A stretch of DNA of 63,704 bases, counting the filler, from Collodictyon triciliatum (Eukaryota): assembly GCA_043381765.1 (NCBI GenBank). It is 36 parts of 36 records of this genome, joined end to end, with 100 filler letters (N's around TTAATTAATTAA, not from the genome) between each part and the next. Parts side by side here need not be neighbours in the genome. Positions count along the whole stretch, not along the records: positions 26,652 to 28,327 come from JBHJMP010010471.1; positions 28,428 to 30,104 come from JBHJMP010010472.1; positions 30,205 to 31,877 come from JBHJMP010010473.1; positions 31,978 to 33,650 come from JBHJMP010010474.1; positions 33,751 to 35,422 come from JBHJMP010010475.1; positions 35,523 to 37,194 come from JBHJMP010010476.1; positions 37,295 to 38,966 come from JBHJMP010010477.1; 29 more parts are not named here. One strand, written 5' to 3'. The notes beneath the pieces were generated by a model that had not been told where the DNA came from, did not search any database, and worked only from the letters and a program-made list of their open reading frames with translations. Positions 27,291 to 38,966 of the stretch are shown here, in pieces (position 1 is the stretch's first letter; the number at the start of each line of letters is the position of its first letter). Both the position numbers and the translations under genes were made by a program.

Positions 27291-27522
27291 AGTGAGTCAG
27301 TGAGTCAGTGAGTCAGTGAGTCAGTGAGTCCGTGAGTGAGAGAGTGAGTGAGTCAGTGAGTGAGTCAGTGAGTGAGTCAGTGAGTGAGTCAGTGAGTCAG
27401 TGAGTCAGTGAGTGAGCGATTAACTTAATGATGTATTCACGCAGAGATAGCGCAGACAAGAGAGCAGGATAAAGCAGAGTCAGCCAACACACATGCGCTG
27501 AAACGAGTCCTGCCAAAAGTCT

Positions 27523-28080
27523 TTATTGCGGGGCAGACTTCTCACCTGCCGCATCTGCATCACCGTCATCAAAGGACTCTGCACCGTCGAGCGTGTAGTC
27601 AATCGAGTTTACGCGGAGCACCGAGTAGTACTGGCGATGGCCGTGGCGACGCTGGTAGTTTTTCCTGCGCTTTTTTTTGAGCACAAGAAGCGTCTCGCTA
27701 CGGGCCTGCTCCTCCACTGTGAGGACAACACGCGCCGTCGGGATGTACGGCTGCCCAATCAGCGTCTCCGTCTTTGTGCCGACCAGAAGGACTTTGTCCA
27801 CATCGAAGCTGCGGCCGATGTCGTGCGCAACCTTCTCCGTGTGGATGACATCGCCGTTGGTCACTTTGAACTGGTGCGGGCCAAGCTCAATCACTGCAAA
27901 GATGTCCCGTCGCGGAGAGATGGGCAGGTTGGACGGGCGGTACTCCGGGCACACGCGACGCACATACGCTTCTGCTTTGCTCATCCCCTCTGTGTTTTCC
28001 GTGGCTGTGTTTGAATCGTGTGCTGCGCGCGTGGTGGTTAGGCTGCGGCTGGCTCCCCATGAGGTGGCCGTGGCGGGGCT
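27523..28080 (-). CDS. MRPL21: Mitochondrial ribosomal protein bL21m, terminal exon
   Basis: FAVIELGPHQFKVTNGDVI...DKVLLVG...IGQPYI...KKKRRKNYQRRHGHRQYYSVLRV; an A/S/T/R-rich N-terminal extension runs in frame up to an AG acceptor. Confidence 0.93.
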   Translation of the reverse strand, partial: SPATATSWGASRSLTTTRAAHDSNTATENTEGMSKAEAYVRRVCPEYRPSNLPISPRRDIFAVIELGPHQFKVTNGDVIHTEKVAHDIGRSFDVDKVLLVGTKTETLIGQPYIPTARVVLTVEEQARSETLLVLKKKRRKNYQRRHGHRQYYSVLRVNSIDYTLDGAESFDDGDADAAGEKSAPQ

Positions 28081-28588
28081 CTGGAATTGTCATTTTTTAT
28101 TTTACTTGAATATTATCTTAGTTGCTTGTTTCCTTATTTATTTATTTATTATTTATTTATTCATTTATTCATTTATCTATTCATTTATCTATTCATTCAT
28201 TTATTGATTTGTTTATTTATTTGTTTATTTATTTGTTTATTTATTTGTTTATTTATTTGTTTATTTATTTGTTTATTTATTTGTTTATTTATTTGTTTAT
28301 TTATTTGTTTATTTATTTGTTTATTTANNNNNNNNNNNNNNNNNNNNNNNNNNNNNNNNNNNNNNNNNNNNTTAATTAATTAANNNNNNNNNNNNNNNNN
28401 NNNNNNNNNNNNNNNNNNNNNNNNNNNAAAACAAAAAAAACGAAAAAAAAACGAAAAAAAACGAAAAAAAAAAAAACAAAAAACAAAGAACAAAAAACAA
28501 AGAACAAAAAACAAAAAACAAAAAACAAAACACAAAACACAATCAAGCATAAAAATTAGTTAATAAAGCACTCGTTTGCATCCACAAG

Positions 28589-29702
28589 CTCTCTTCGGAC
28601 TTTTGTAATATATGCTGGACTGAGGAATTGGGACAAAGCCCGACCATTAAACTCGAATGTGGTCATTATTTCCACCTATTCTGTATCAAGAAGCGTATAG
28701 AAGAGAAATGGAATAGTAATAACGTTATTCATCGTCTTTGTTTTTTTCTTGTGTTTAATATTACTTACATTTTAACATAACTGCCACCAGCAATATAATG
28801 GATATTATGTGTTCAATTTTCAGATTCCAAAATTCACATCAGGAAGCGTTTTCTCATCATCAAGTTTTATCGCAGGTGCGCGAATCATGTTCCACTATCT
28901 TAACTGCCCTCTCTGCAACCAACGAATTAACCATCCTGCGCTTGTGGACGACTTAAGACCGCATCTTTTATTATATGAGGAAGTCAAGGTTTGTGGCTCG
29001 GCTGAAGTCTGAGCTCCAAAAAAAAAAATTGTGCCATATTGTATGAACTATACTTACATACAATTCTGACACAAGTCCTTTAAAAACCAACTGAATTTCA
29101 CTTATTCTTTCAGCAAAAAGCCTACACACGTCTCCTCTACGAAAATCTGGACAAATCTGTCGATATTCTGGTTGAGGGTGGCCGTTTCTATAATGACCCC
29201 ATAGGATACGCACTCGATCGCTTCTGCTATTATCTCTGCTACATATGCCAGGTTTATTTGCCTTTTTTTTCCACCTTTGAACCTCTTTTTTGGAAAATTT
29301 CATATGCTCTCAATTGAAAATAAATTTGGGGAAGATTAAATGAAATCTTGCTTAAAAATACAAGAAAGATAATATTTAAGGGAAGTACAGTATTAATTGA
29401 AGCTTTATCAATTTCATAAAGAGGGTGTATTTTGGAGGACAGAAGCAGTGCGAACAAGGGAATGATATGGATTTGAACTACGACCCCAGCGAACTGGTTT
29501 GCATATATTCAACACCCATTCGTGCTTATTACAGTAACGTGTCTGATATTTCTTTTTCTTTGTACCTTGAATTTGGCTTCATTCCAACGAATATACACTG
29601 ACCAGAAGCTATTTTGCCTAAATTTTATGTGATTAGGTTTGTGGGGGTTGCTGTCTCCCTGACAATGTACAGCCCTGTAAAGAACACGGAACAGAGTTTA
29701 TG
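28589..29702 (+). CDS. MYCBP2/Highwire-like RING-H2 plus tandem-cysteine (RCR) E3 ligase region, 5 exons
   Basis: DFCNICWTEELGQSPTIKLECGHYFHLFCIKKRIEEKWN|ARIMFHYLNCPLC...|KAYTRLLYENL...RFYNDPIGYALDRFCYYLCYICQ|RVYFGGQKQCEQG...YDPSEL|VCGGC...CKEHGTEF is colinear with the MYCBP2 C-terminus as I recall it. Confidence 0.88.
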
Positions 29703-30204
29703 TATGTGTCGTTCCTTTGCTTACAACATGTATCAAGGCATCGACAGGCCCAAATATTATAAAATAGCATTTCATATTTTTTTTTATGTTATTGAACAAA
29801 CTTGTAAAAAGAAATAAAAGATAACACCGATAGTAGTCTTTTTGCTGAAGAAATTATCTTGTAGGGAATACAAATGTTGCTTCTGCTGCAATATTGCGAC
29901 ATGGTTTTGTTGGGGTTTGCTCTTATCGTCCATCATAATGGCAGAGTTCATTGCTAACAGTCCACACACACCATATATATTATATATTAAAATCTGAAAA
30001 ACATAATCACAAACAAACAAACAAACAAACAAACAAACAAACAAACAAACAAACAAACAAACAAACAAACAAACAAACAAACAAACAAACAAACAAACAA
30101 ACAANNNNNNNNNNNNNNNNNNNNNNNNNNNNNNNNNNNNNNNNNNNNTTAATTAATTAANNNNNNNNNNNNNNNNNNNNNNNNNNNNNNNNNNNNNNNN
30201 NNNN

Positions 30205-30300
<96 letters not shown>

Positions 30301-30807
30301 TGTTTACTGTATCCATGGGTACATGAAGAAATAGAACGGCAGACTACAAGTGATATCATTCCTTCCACATTCACGCTCTTTTTCTCTCTTTACAACTTGA
30401 TACATATCGGAAGTCAATCGATTCTTACCTCCGTAGATTTACACAGAGTTGTCCAGTCATTCTTTCCGTAATGGCCCATGTGACGGAAGGGCAGTAAAGG
30501 AAGAAAAAAATGCCGATCGAAACTTACTGGAATATAAAGAAAGGCATTTCTGTTTCAGGTAACGAGTAATTTTTACTTTTCAAATATTTCATCCGGAATG
30601 AAATGAAAAAGCAAACACACGATCGAATTGAGCAAAACCACATAACAGCACCAACAAGGCCTTGACCAAAAAACATTGGTTGCAAGCGCCGCGTTTCAGC
30701 GAGAAATTTACACTTTATATCCATTTGTGTAAATATATATGTACTTATTAATATTCCATTCAATTATATAACATTATCCAAAAAAGTATAAAATTTAATA
30801 TGAAATA

Positions 30808-30850
30808 TGTGGAATTTGTAACTATATATTATGGAGTTACAAATTCCACA
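30808..30850. repeat. Perfect 16-bp inverted repeat (hairpin, 11-nt loop)
   Basis: TGTGGAATTTGTAACT (30808-30823) and AGTTACAAATTCCACA (30835-30850). Confidence 0.92.
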
Positions 30851-30936
30851 GCGAACCTTGTGAACCTCAAAAGTTCAGGCGTTTATATACTGTCTCGGCC
30901 CTTGACCACAGAACATTACACCCTCAATTAACGCTT

Positions 30937-31009
30937 ACCTTCCATATATATCCATCTTCCGCCCTCGACCACCGAACACCTTCCATATATATCCATCTTC
31001 CGCCCTCGA
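30937..31009. repeat. 32-bp direct repeat, two copies
   Basis: ACCTTCCATATATATCCATCTTCCGCCCTCGA at 30937-30968 and 30978-31009. Confidence 0.92.
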
Positions 31010-31041
31010 TACAATTTGGTACGCAATACTAAATTGTAACA

Positions 31042-31185
31042 TCACACATCATCACTCCCCTTATCAAACTCTATTTCGCTGCCGCAACACTTGCTGCGCT
31101 TCAAATGTTGTACGGTATATTTCCACAGCCGCTCTACCACTAACACAATAGTAAACAACAAACCAATCAAAGTCACAGGCTCCAT
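31042..31185 (-). CDS. Small (47 aa) putative viral membrane protein with KRSKCCG motif
   Basis: MEPVTLIGLLFTIVLVVERLWKYTVQHLKRSKCCGSEIEFDKGSDDV*: an N-terminal hydrophobic helix then a basic-CCG motif; starts 16 nt after the capsid stop. Confidence 0.55.
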   Translation of the reverse strand: MEPVTLIGLLFTIVLVVERLWKYTVQHLKRSKCCGSEIEFDKGSDDV

Positions 31186-31201
31186 ATGCTCACATACATT
31201 T

Positions 31202-31876
31202 TTATTCAACACGGAAGGTTTGCTGGTTGCTCTGGATTTCCAGCACGGCATCGTACAGACTAGCCACGATCACATTATAATTTTTGCCAACTGCGTCAGT
31301 GAATTCCAATCTCAAACTCATCAAGCCCGAGCCTGAAGACTGGATATCCGTTCCCACTATTTCGCCTTCGGCCACGTCCAAAACTTTACGCAAGTTAAAT
31401 GCTAACATGAACTCACAAGGATTCTGTGTAGCCTCGCGCATAAACCTAGTAGCTGCAGCTATTTCAGTGTTTCGAGCTGCATCATTTGCTGCTTGATCAC
31501 CAAGTGCACTGTTGTTTGCACGCAATAGTGGCCCAGCATAAGCATTTGCGCCAAATTTCACACCATTGGCACTATAAGGTTGAAATATTGTAACACCGTT
31601 TCTCACGCGGGCAGTAGGTGCATCAGCAGCAAATCCTGTAACTAAATCAAAAGTACCACCCGTGTATGGTGTGGTAAACTCGTCGCCGTCAAATCCAAAC
31701 GGCCCTGTATATTCACTGCGCACAAATGTAAGACCCATAGCTTTCTGAACTTCCAGAAAAACTTGGCTCGCCCTATTCTGACAGTCCATTGGCTGAAGAG
31801 GGTAGTAGAATGAACCAAGCTGAAGTTGTGCTGTTTTCAAATTAGTCGGGAAATGCTTTCTGTCTCGACCTGGAAT
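31202..31876 (-). CDS. Polinton-like virus (PLV)-type double jelly-roll major capsid protein, C-terminal half
   Basis: Intronless and open to the contig edge. AQLQLGSFYYPLQPM...SQVFLEVQKAMG...FMLAFNL...GTDI...LRLEF...YDAVLEI* follows the PLV/Polinton MCP C-terminal motif order. Confidence 0.78.
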   Translation of the reverse strand: MPGRDRKHFPTNLKTAQLQLGSFYYPLQPMDCQNRASQVFLEVQKAMGLTFVRSEYTGPFGFDGDEFTTPYTGGTFDLVTGFAADAPTARVRNGVTIFQPYSANGVKFGANAYAGPLLRANNSALGDQAANDAARNTEIAAATRFMREATQNPCEFMLAFNLRKVLDVAEGEIVGTDIQSSGSGLMSLRLEFTDAVGKNYNVIVASLYDAVLEIQSNQQTFRVE

Positions 31877-32039
31877 ANNNNNNNNNNNNNNNNNNNNNNN
31901 NNNNNNNNNNNNNNNNNNNNNTTAATTAATTAANNNNNNNNNNNNNNNNNNNNNNNNNNNNNNNNNNNNNNNNNNNNGGAAATAAATGCGGTGCTAATAA
32001 TGTAATAGAATTAAGATCGGCATCTCATCATCTTCATAA

Positions 32040-32140
<101 letters not shown>

Positions 32141-32151
32141 TCATATGTTAA

Positions 32152-33442
32152 CCACTCTCTGATGTATCGAATAAAAGAACCACTCTTCGATGTATATTGC
32201 AAATTTTAGCATAGAAGAAAGAGCGAAATATAGTGGTTGATTACGTATTCTCTCCGGTAGATGAAAAAAGGAGTCGGTCTCTAAATATTGCCTCGGCTTT
32301 GCATCCAGCATGAACAATCTCCAATCAACTATCGGCATATGGTTCTCTCTCATCCAACCAACATCCACATATGTTTCAAGAGGCGATGAGAACTTTCTAT
32401 GATGGTTTACGAATAGTTAATGTAAGCGCACGGAAGAATGCCCAATAGAAGGATAATACTTATGCGCGTGTATGTTTATTTAAAATCCTATAGGATATTT
32501 ACATCACTGTTAGTAGGTATTGTATGATTATTATCACTATCACTATCACTATCACTATCACTATTCACTTGAGTCAAATAAAGGGAAAAAACTATTACTA
32601 TTACTATTGCTATTACTACTATTTATTTTTATTTTAATCATCAAACCTACTCTAATTTCTTGTAAGACGTTGTGCGCACGTTTTCTATGAAGCCTCCGAA
32701 AGCCACTGTGCGGTTAGACATCCTTGCGAGACACACAGCCACCTCCAGAGACATGATTTGGTTGTTGTACTGTCCAACATTTCTATCGTATATAATGTAA
32801 CGACGACCACTCCTTGCTTTAACTCCGTGTGCTTTAACAGGGAGAATGCTACTATGTTAAATCGATTGGATGGCTTTTTTAAGAGTGATATATTATGGAG
32901 TTGATCCACATTTCCTTCTTTTTCATCCTATACTCAAAGCTTCCCAGCAACCCCCGCCCACAAAGCTACGTTTTTTTTTACATTTTTTTCTGGATTGGTG
33001 TTGAATATTTAGGTTTTGAATCTGTTTTTTTTTATTTCAGCTTACCTGTTATATCCTGTAACGCCCCATGTGCCTATGGTCGATGTTTATGATATATAAG
33101 GGTTTATGAGAACATATAATAAATCAAAAAATAAAAATTTGTGAGCATGACTTGCACACAAGCGCGTAGACAAATAAGAAATTCAAAATAAAAACGAAGG
33201 AAAAAGAAAAAAAAAGAAAAGAGGCGGTTTACGTCAGAATACAACTGTAGTTATTACATGTATAATGAGCAAATAAATCAACTAAAGTCCATTACATTAA
33301 TTGAATAACACGAATAGACGACATAACACATATTTGCACTTCCTACATTACCCAAGTCAGTTTGCCGATAAAGTATGTGGAATACAGAGATTGAAACACA
33401 CATCATCACAAAACAAGCATAGAGGGACGATAACTTCGGCAT
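32152..33442 (-). CDS. GDP-fucose O-fucosyltransferase-like type II membrane glycosyltransferase, 5' part
   Basis: Signal-anchor-like exon MPKLSSLYACFVMMCVSISVFHILY, then RYIIYDRNVGQYNNQIMSLEVAVCLARMSNRTVAF (GxxNNQ...A..LA...NRT motif) and PLETYVDV. Confidence 0.7.
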
Positions 33443-34756
33443 GTTCCTGGCTGGCCTATTTGGCGCATGGTCACGATAACGTGAAAAGGTTGCACTGAAA
33501 ATGTACCCATCATCTGGGATGATAGACACATTGCTTTGTGCATAAGCCCTTAGCATGAAGTGAATAGAAGAAGAAGAAGAAGAAGAAGAAGAAGAAGAAG
33601 AAGAAGAAGAAGAAGAAGAAGAAGAAGAAGAAGAAGAAGAAGAAGAAGAANNNNNNNNNNNNNNNNNNNNNNNNNNNNNNNNNNNNNNNNNNNNTTAATT
33701 AATTAANNNNNNNNNNNNNNNNNNNNNNNNNNNNNNNNNNNNNNNNNNNNTTTTTCTTTTTTCTTTTTTCTTTTTTCTTTTTTCTTTTTTCTTTTTTCTT
33801 TTTTCTTTTTTCTTTTTTCTTTTTTCTTTTTTCTTTTTTCTTTTTTCTTTTTCACGTGAATTCAGATATATGCTTGGAATGTCAAACTGCTCGTGCAATA
33901 TTTGACTCTTTTCTCGATAACAGGTGCGCAGATTCCACCGCTTTTGACAGCTGGCCTGGTGGGACGTTGATGTGTGCTTTTGGGTGGAATGGGGATTCGC
34001 TTTGCGTGGGTGAAGATGAGGTTCATACTTGTTCGTCGGGACTGGATAGTAGATGTCATCAGAAACATAGCCGTATGCGCTGCGATAAACATTGAGACTG
34101 ATTTAACTTTGTTGATGGCCTCCTGCTGCTTGGTCGTGACATATCGCCCAGGCTTTAAGCTCTAGTGAATTCAAGATAGTGGAATTTATGATTCTGTGTG
34201 GCGCCGTATCTTATTCTCTATGTTAGCCGAGCAATCTGATTACTGTTCCAATGTTCCTTCCAACCTCTTTCATGTGGTTAGCTGTCTTTCAGCTAATATG
34301 ACGAAAGAAATGTCAGCGATGATGAATATCTGGGCGGTTTACTATTGCAAGATGAAGAAAAAAAGAAAGCTTTGACTTCAAAATGTGTCACTGGCACCAT
34401 TAAGCTATTTTGATTGTGATTCTTTGCCTAGTGGTTAATATTCCTGAAGCCATCCCTTGGTGTTAATGTATTCTGCTATCCTCCTTATTGATGCTACAAA
34501 GTTATAAAGATACCACAAAGAATGATGCAAAACAATAAAGAGGGGGTGTCACACTTATAAGATTTATTTTCCAGGAATGTCTAAGCCTTAGTCTTAAAAG
34601 CGCCGTTATTCATGAATGGAAATCTTCTCTGGTGTAAACGAAAACAAAGAAGAGGAAAGAAAAAACAGGAATCGACAAACCACTTGAGACAACAAGACTA
34701 ACCCCAAAACAAAACAAAGCTGGCTAAAGATAACTGCAACAGGAGAAAAGGTAGCG

Positions 34757-35176
34757 ATGTCCCAATATCCCAGTGACGCCATCGAATTGGAGGCACCAAC
34801 GAAGCCGAGAGGCAAAGCTCTTTCCGAATACTACGACGGCGACTCCGACGGCTCCGAGGCAGAGACCAAAGCGGAAAACAGCTCTTTCGAACTACGTGCG
34901 TCCACTCCCGTCACAGCACATACCAAATCCCGAGAAAGAACACCAGTTGGCTCCCGAACCAGTCTCGATCACGGCTTCGCACCTCCGGCAGGCACTCTCG
35001 GCTCAGACACGAAGCATTCAGCGAATCAGCAAAGTCGAAGTGGAGTATTTCAGGCGAAGGGAATTGTGTCGGAGTCGTTTGCCGTGCCTCCGAACCAGCA
35101 GAAGGTCTCCCCTAAGAAAGTGTTTCCACCCATCACCTCAGCCCTGGAGAAAGGGAATGACCCCTCTCTTCTCACC
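34757..35176 (+). CDS. First exon of an unknown protein with a disordered N-terminus
   Basis: ATG-initiated GC-rich frame ending at a GTAAG donor; the poly-Leu tail in the ORF track is an intronic microsatellite. Confidence 0.6.
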
Positions 35177-35522
35177 GTAAGTTTGCTCCAATTGTTGTTG
35201 ATATTATTATTGTTATTATTGTTATTGTTTCTTTTCAACAGTTTATTGTTATTATTATTATTATTGTTATTATTGTTATTATTGTTATTATTGTTATTAT
35301 TATTATTGTTATTATTGTTATTATTATTATTGTTATTATTGTTATTATTGTTATTATTATTATTGTTATTATTATTATTGTTATTATTATTATTGTTATT
35401 ATTATTATTGTTATTATTATTANNNNNNNNNNNNNNNNNNNNNNNNNNNNNNNNNNNNNNNNNNNNTTAATTAATTAANNNNNNNNNNNNNNNNNNNNNN
35501 NNNNNNNNNNNNNNNNNNNNNN

Positions 35523-35666
<144 letters not shown>

Positions 35667-35728
35667 CATTATCATTATCATTATCATTATCATGATTATC
35701 ACTTCATTAAATATATTTCAATCACAGG

Positions 35729-36951
35729 AGTTCCTGAACACAGTCTATTCTACCCATGAGGAGAGCACTGCTGCAACGGAACGAATGCTCGGAGTAGTTC
35801 AGGGAACCCATGAAACTGGTTTGCCCCATAATCGTATTGCTTCCAAGATTTTTTTTAGTGACCAGATTCTTTAATTATAAAAAGTTGACAAAATATAACC
35901 TCGCATAATCACCACGTTATTTAATTTCAACAGCAGGAACCATTCGTGGAGAACTTAAAATGCAGTCAGGTTTGATATTAATATAGTATAGACGTGAAAA
36001 GTCTAAATCAGAAGACTGGAAAACATTCTTTCATATGCAGAGCAATATATTCCAGTGATATTTTAGTCAACTTAAAACCGCTCGTCGTCGAACTGACAGT
36101 GCATTAACTTACCTTTCCAAAATGATACTTAAGAACAATTGGGACAGATTGAAAGAGATGTATATGGTTAATTACTTATATATTTCTGTCAATTTTCAGT
36201 CATACCTATGATTCAAATAGTTGGTTTATTTAGCGTCGTCTTAATCTGTTTTCTTAAACTCTAATTGAAGATGGAGACTGTGAATGATAATATTGACCAT
36301 TCAAGACCACTTATCCAAAATGCGACATCTCTTCTATCACCCATAAAAAATCTCTTTTCAGGTGAATTTCTTTTAAAGATGAACACTTTCGTTCTATCTT
36401 TCTTCTTTTTTTTTTTTTAATGGTAGACAAATATACATGAAGGTATAGACACAGGTTTTTGGTGTCATGAAACGAATCTTATCAAACCGCCGTGATATTA
36501 GGAAATCATGCGTCCGAAGTGAAGTCAAAACCTTCAGCCGGGACAGGCCAAATCCCTTCTTCCCCTGGTGGTGAGACGCCATCAAGAAAGGGCGTATCTC
36601 CCAATACCGCACCGAAAGATAGAAATAAGACGTCAGCTTCAGCATCATCATCTACTCCAAAGCAAGATTCTGACATTTTTATGAAATCATATGGTTCAAT
36701 GTGATGGTAGTCCGCAAAAAAAAAAAGAAGAAAAATAAGAAAAAACGCGTATTCTTTTCATACATTTGTGTTTCATGAAGAACAAATCTTGTGGTTGTAA
36801 TTGTTATGTTATTTCTGTTATTTCTATTTCTTATTTACCCAGCCGAACTTTCACCGCGGTGCTGGGCCAGAAAGGTACTCGCTTTGACCAGGAAACAGAG
36901 AAACAGGATGCCAACCTCGACCTAATAGGGCGCTATGTCGCCGATTTAAAG
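35729..36951 (+). CDS. SNAP-25-family (Qbc) SNARE, internal exons
   Basis: HEESTAATERMLGVVQGTHET...ELKMQS|QLK (Qb motif), a linker, then EKQDANLDLIGRYVADLK (start of Qc motif). Confidence 0.7.
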
Positions 36952-37294
36952 GTTAGTACTTACTATTTAATACGTACTTATCTATACTATATCTGAATAT
37001 GTATACACCATATTTTTGTTATAGTCTTAATCGATGAAGTATTTGTTGTATTTGTTGTCTTTATTTCTTTTTCTCTTCTTTTTCTTTTCTTTTTCTTTTC
37101 TTTTTCTTTTCTTTTTCTTTTCTTTTTCTTTTCTTTTTCTTTTCTTTTTCTTTTTCTTTTCTTTTTCTTTTCTTTTTCTTTTCTTTTTCTTTTCNNNNNN
37201 NNNNNNNNNNNNNNNNNNNNNNNNNNNNNNNNNNNNNNTTAATTAATTAANNNNNNNNNNNNNNNNNNNNNNNNNNNNNNNNNNNNNNNNNNNN

Positions 37295-38966
37295 TTGGTG
37301 TAGCTCCAGCAAACGATGGTGTAGGATTAAGCCCTGCGCCGCGTTGAGAAGCAGTAAATGATTGTTGTGAACGTGAACCCATATTAGTACCAAGAGGATT
37401 ATTTTGCGGTTGTCTAGGTGTTGTGGCTCCGCTGCCCCCTCTGGGTGTAGCCCCCCCTGCTCTCCTTTCTGCTCTCAGTCTATCTAAATTTGCTTGTAGG
37501 TCAATATTTTCCTGAGCAAGTCTTTGATTTTCTTGTTCTTGTTCTCTAGTTTCTCGGGCTTGGGCTTGAATTGTATTGCCCTGTGCCTGTGTTTGTGCAA
37601 TTAGGGCACGTATGGTCTCAGCATCTGTTTCCCTGTCTGCTTGTAATCTTGCAAGTGCCTCGTCTGATTGACGCACAAGGTCAAGGTTAAATTGTTCTAA
37701 TTGTTCTATCGTTCTCTCATAAGCTATCTTTTGTTGAGCAAGTGCTTTTTCTAATTCTGCTATATCATTTGCACGTCTTTGTAGTCGTTTCCTGTCTGAA
37801 GTTGGAGTACTAGCCTGTCTTTGTCTTTCTTTTTCAAGTTCGTCTTCTGCTTTTTTTCTTTTTCTACCTGCTTCTTCAATCTCTTTTAAAAGTTGTTGGT
37901 TTCTATATTGCTCTTCGTTAGCGCGGTTAATTGCTTGTTTCAGTCTTTTAGGTGTGGCCTTGTGTGCGGCAATAGCTGCTTCTAATTCGGCTTTTATTTT
38001 TTCTTCTTTGGCAACTCCCTCATTAAGTTGAACTTCTTTTTCATTTAGTTGTCTTTGTAGGTTTATTATCTGTTCATTTTGTTGTGCAAGTAAGTCCTGT
38101 TGTCGTTTGAGTTCAGCGGGGTTTGTGCTTGACTGTTGAGCTTGTGCTTGCTGTTGTTGTTTTTTAAGCTCATCCAATTGTTTTTCTAAGTTTGCTTTTT
38201 GTTGAACTAGTTCTAGATTTCTTCTTTCCTGTTCAACTGCTCTTTTAGCTGCTTCCTGGGCTAGCCTACTTGGGGCTTTTCCTTTCAGTGCGTCGATTTG
38301 CTCTTGTCGCTCTTGATCAAGAGACATATAAAATTCCAATTGTTGGAGTCTCATCTTTTCAAGTTTGATTAGGTCGTTGGCTGCTGCATTTAATGCCGCT
38401 GTTAATTTATCGAGCTCCCGATTGCCTTCCTCAGTTAAATTGTCTCGTAATCCAATGAGGGCTACTTGTGTGTTGATTGTTGTACTATGTAAGGCTTTAA
38501 CTCTAGCAGCATCATTACCTTGAAGGGCTAAGAAATTGCTTCTGACTTGCGCAATATTACCCTGCGCTTCAGGCCTGTCTATGTCTCGAATGGCTAATTG
38601 TTGATCATTCAATTGTCCTCTTAATTCTAACAATTCTCTTTTAAGTTGTTCAATGTACAGCTGCTGGGCCCCCAAGAAATCTTCTTGTGTATTCGCTAAT
38701 CTGCCGGGGGACATTCTCTTGGCCATTGCTAGACTTCTGGTTGTTTGAGATATTCTGACTGTCAAGGCTTTTGAATTATCGATAAATTCTTGGGCTGCTG
38801 GACTTTTTTCTTGTGGAAACACACGTCCAGGGGTGGGAGCTAAGGGGGGTCTAGGTGAAAATGGTCGCCGTGTGTCAGCTGTTTGTTCTGATTGGCCTCC
38901 TTCGATTTGTTTTTGGGGTGTTTTGCGTGGTGATATTGCTACCGCGACACCTCGACTTTTCACGGG
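37295..38966 (-). CDS. Intronless contig-spanning coiled-coil ORF (~557 aa, open at both ends), possibly viral
   Basis: Uninterrupted Q/E/K/A-rich heptad-like frame flanked by S/T-P-rich segments; no introns or microsatellites. Confidence 0.75.

Noticed and set aside
30845-30915. tRNA-like gene on the minus strand (TGGTCAAGG ... GGTTCG boxes)
   Set aside because: I could not build a cloverleaf with acceptor and anticodon stems.
19551-31876. Fanzor carried by the Polinton-like virus as one system
   Set aside because: They are on different contigs joined artificially; no linkage can be inferred from this window.
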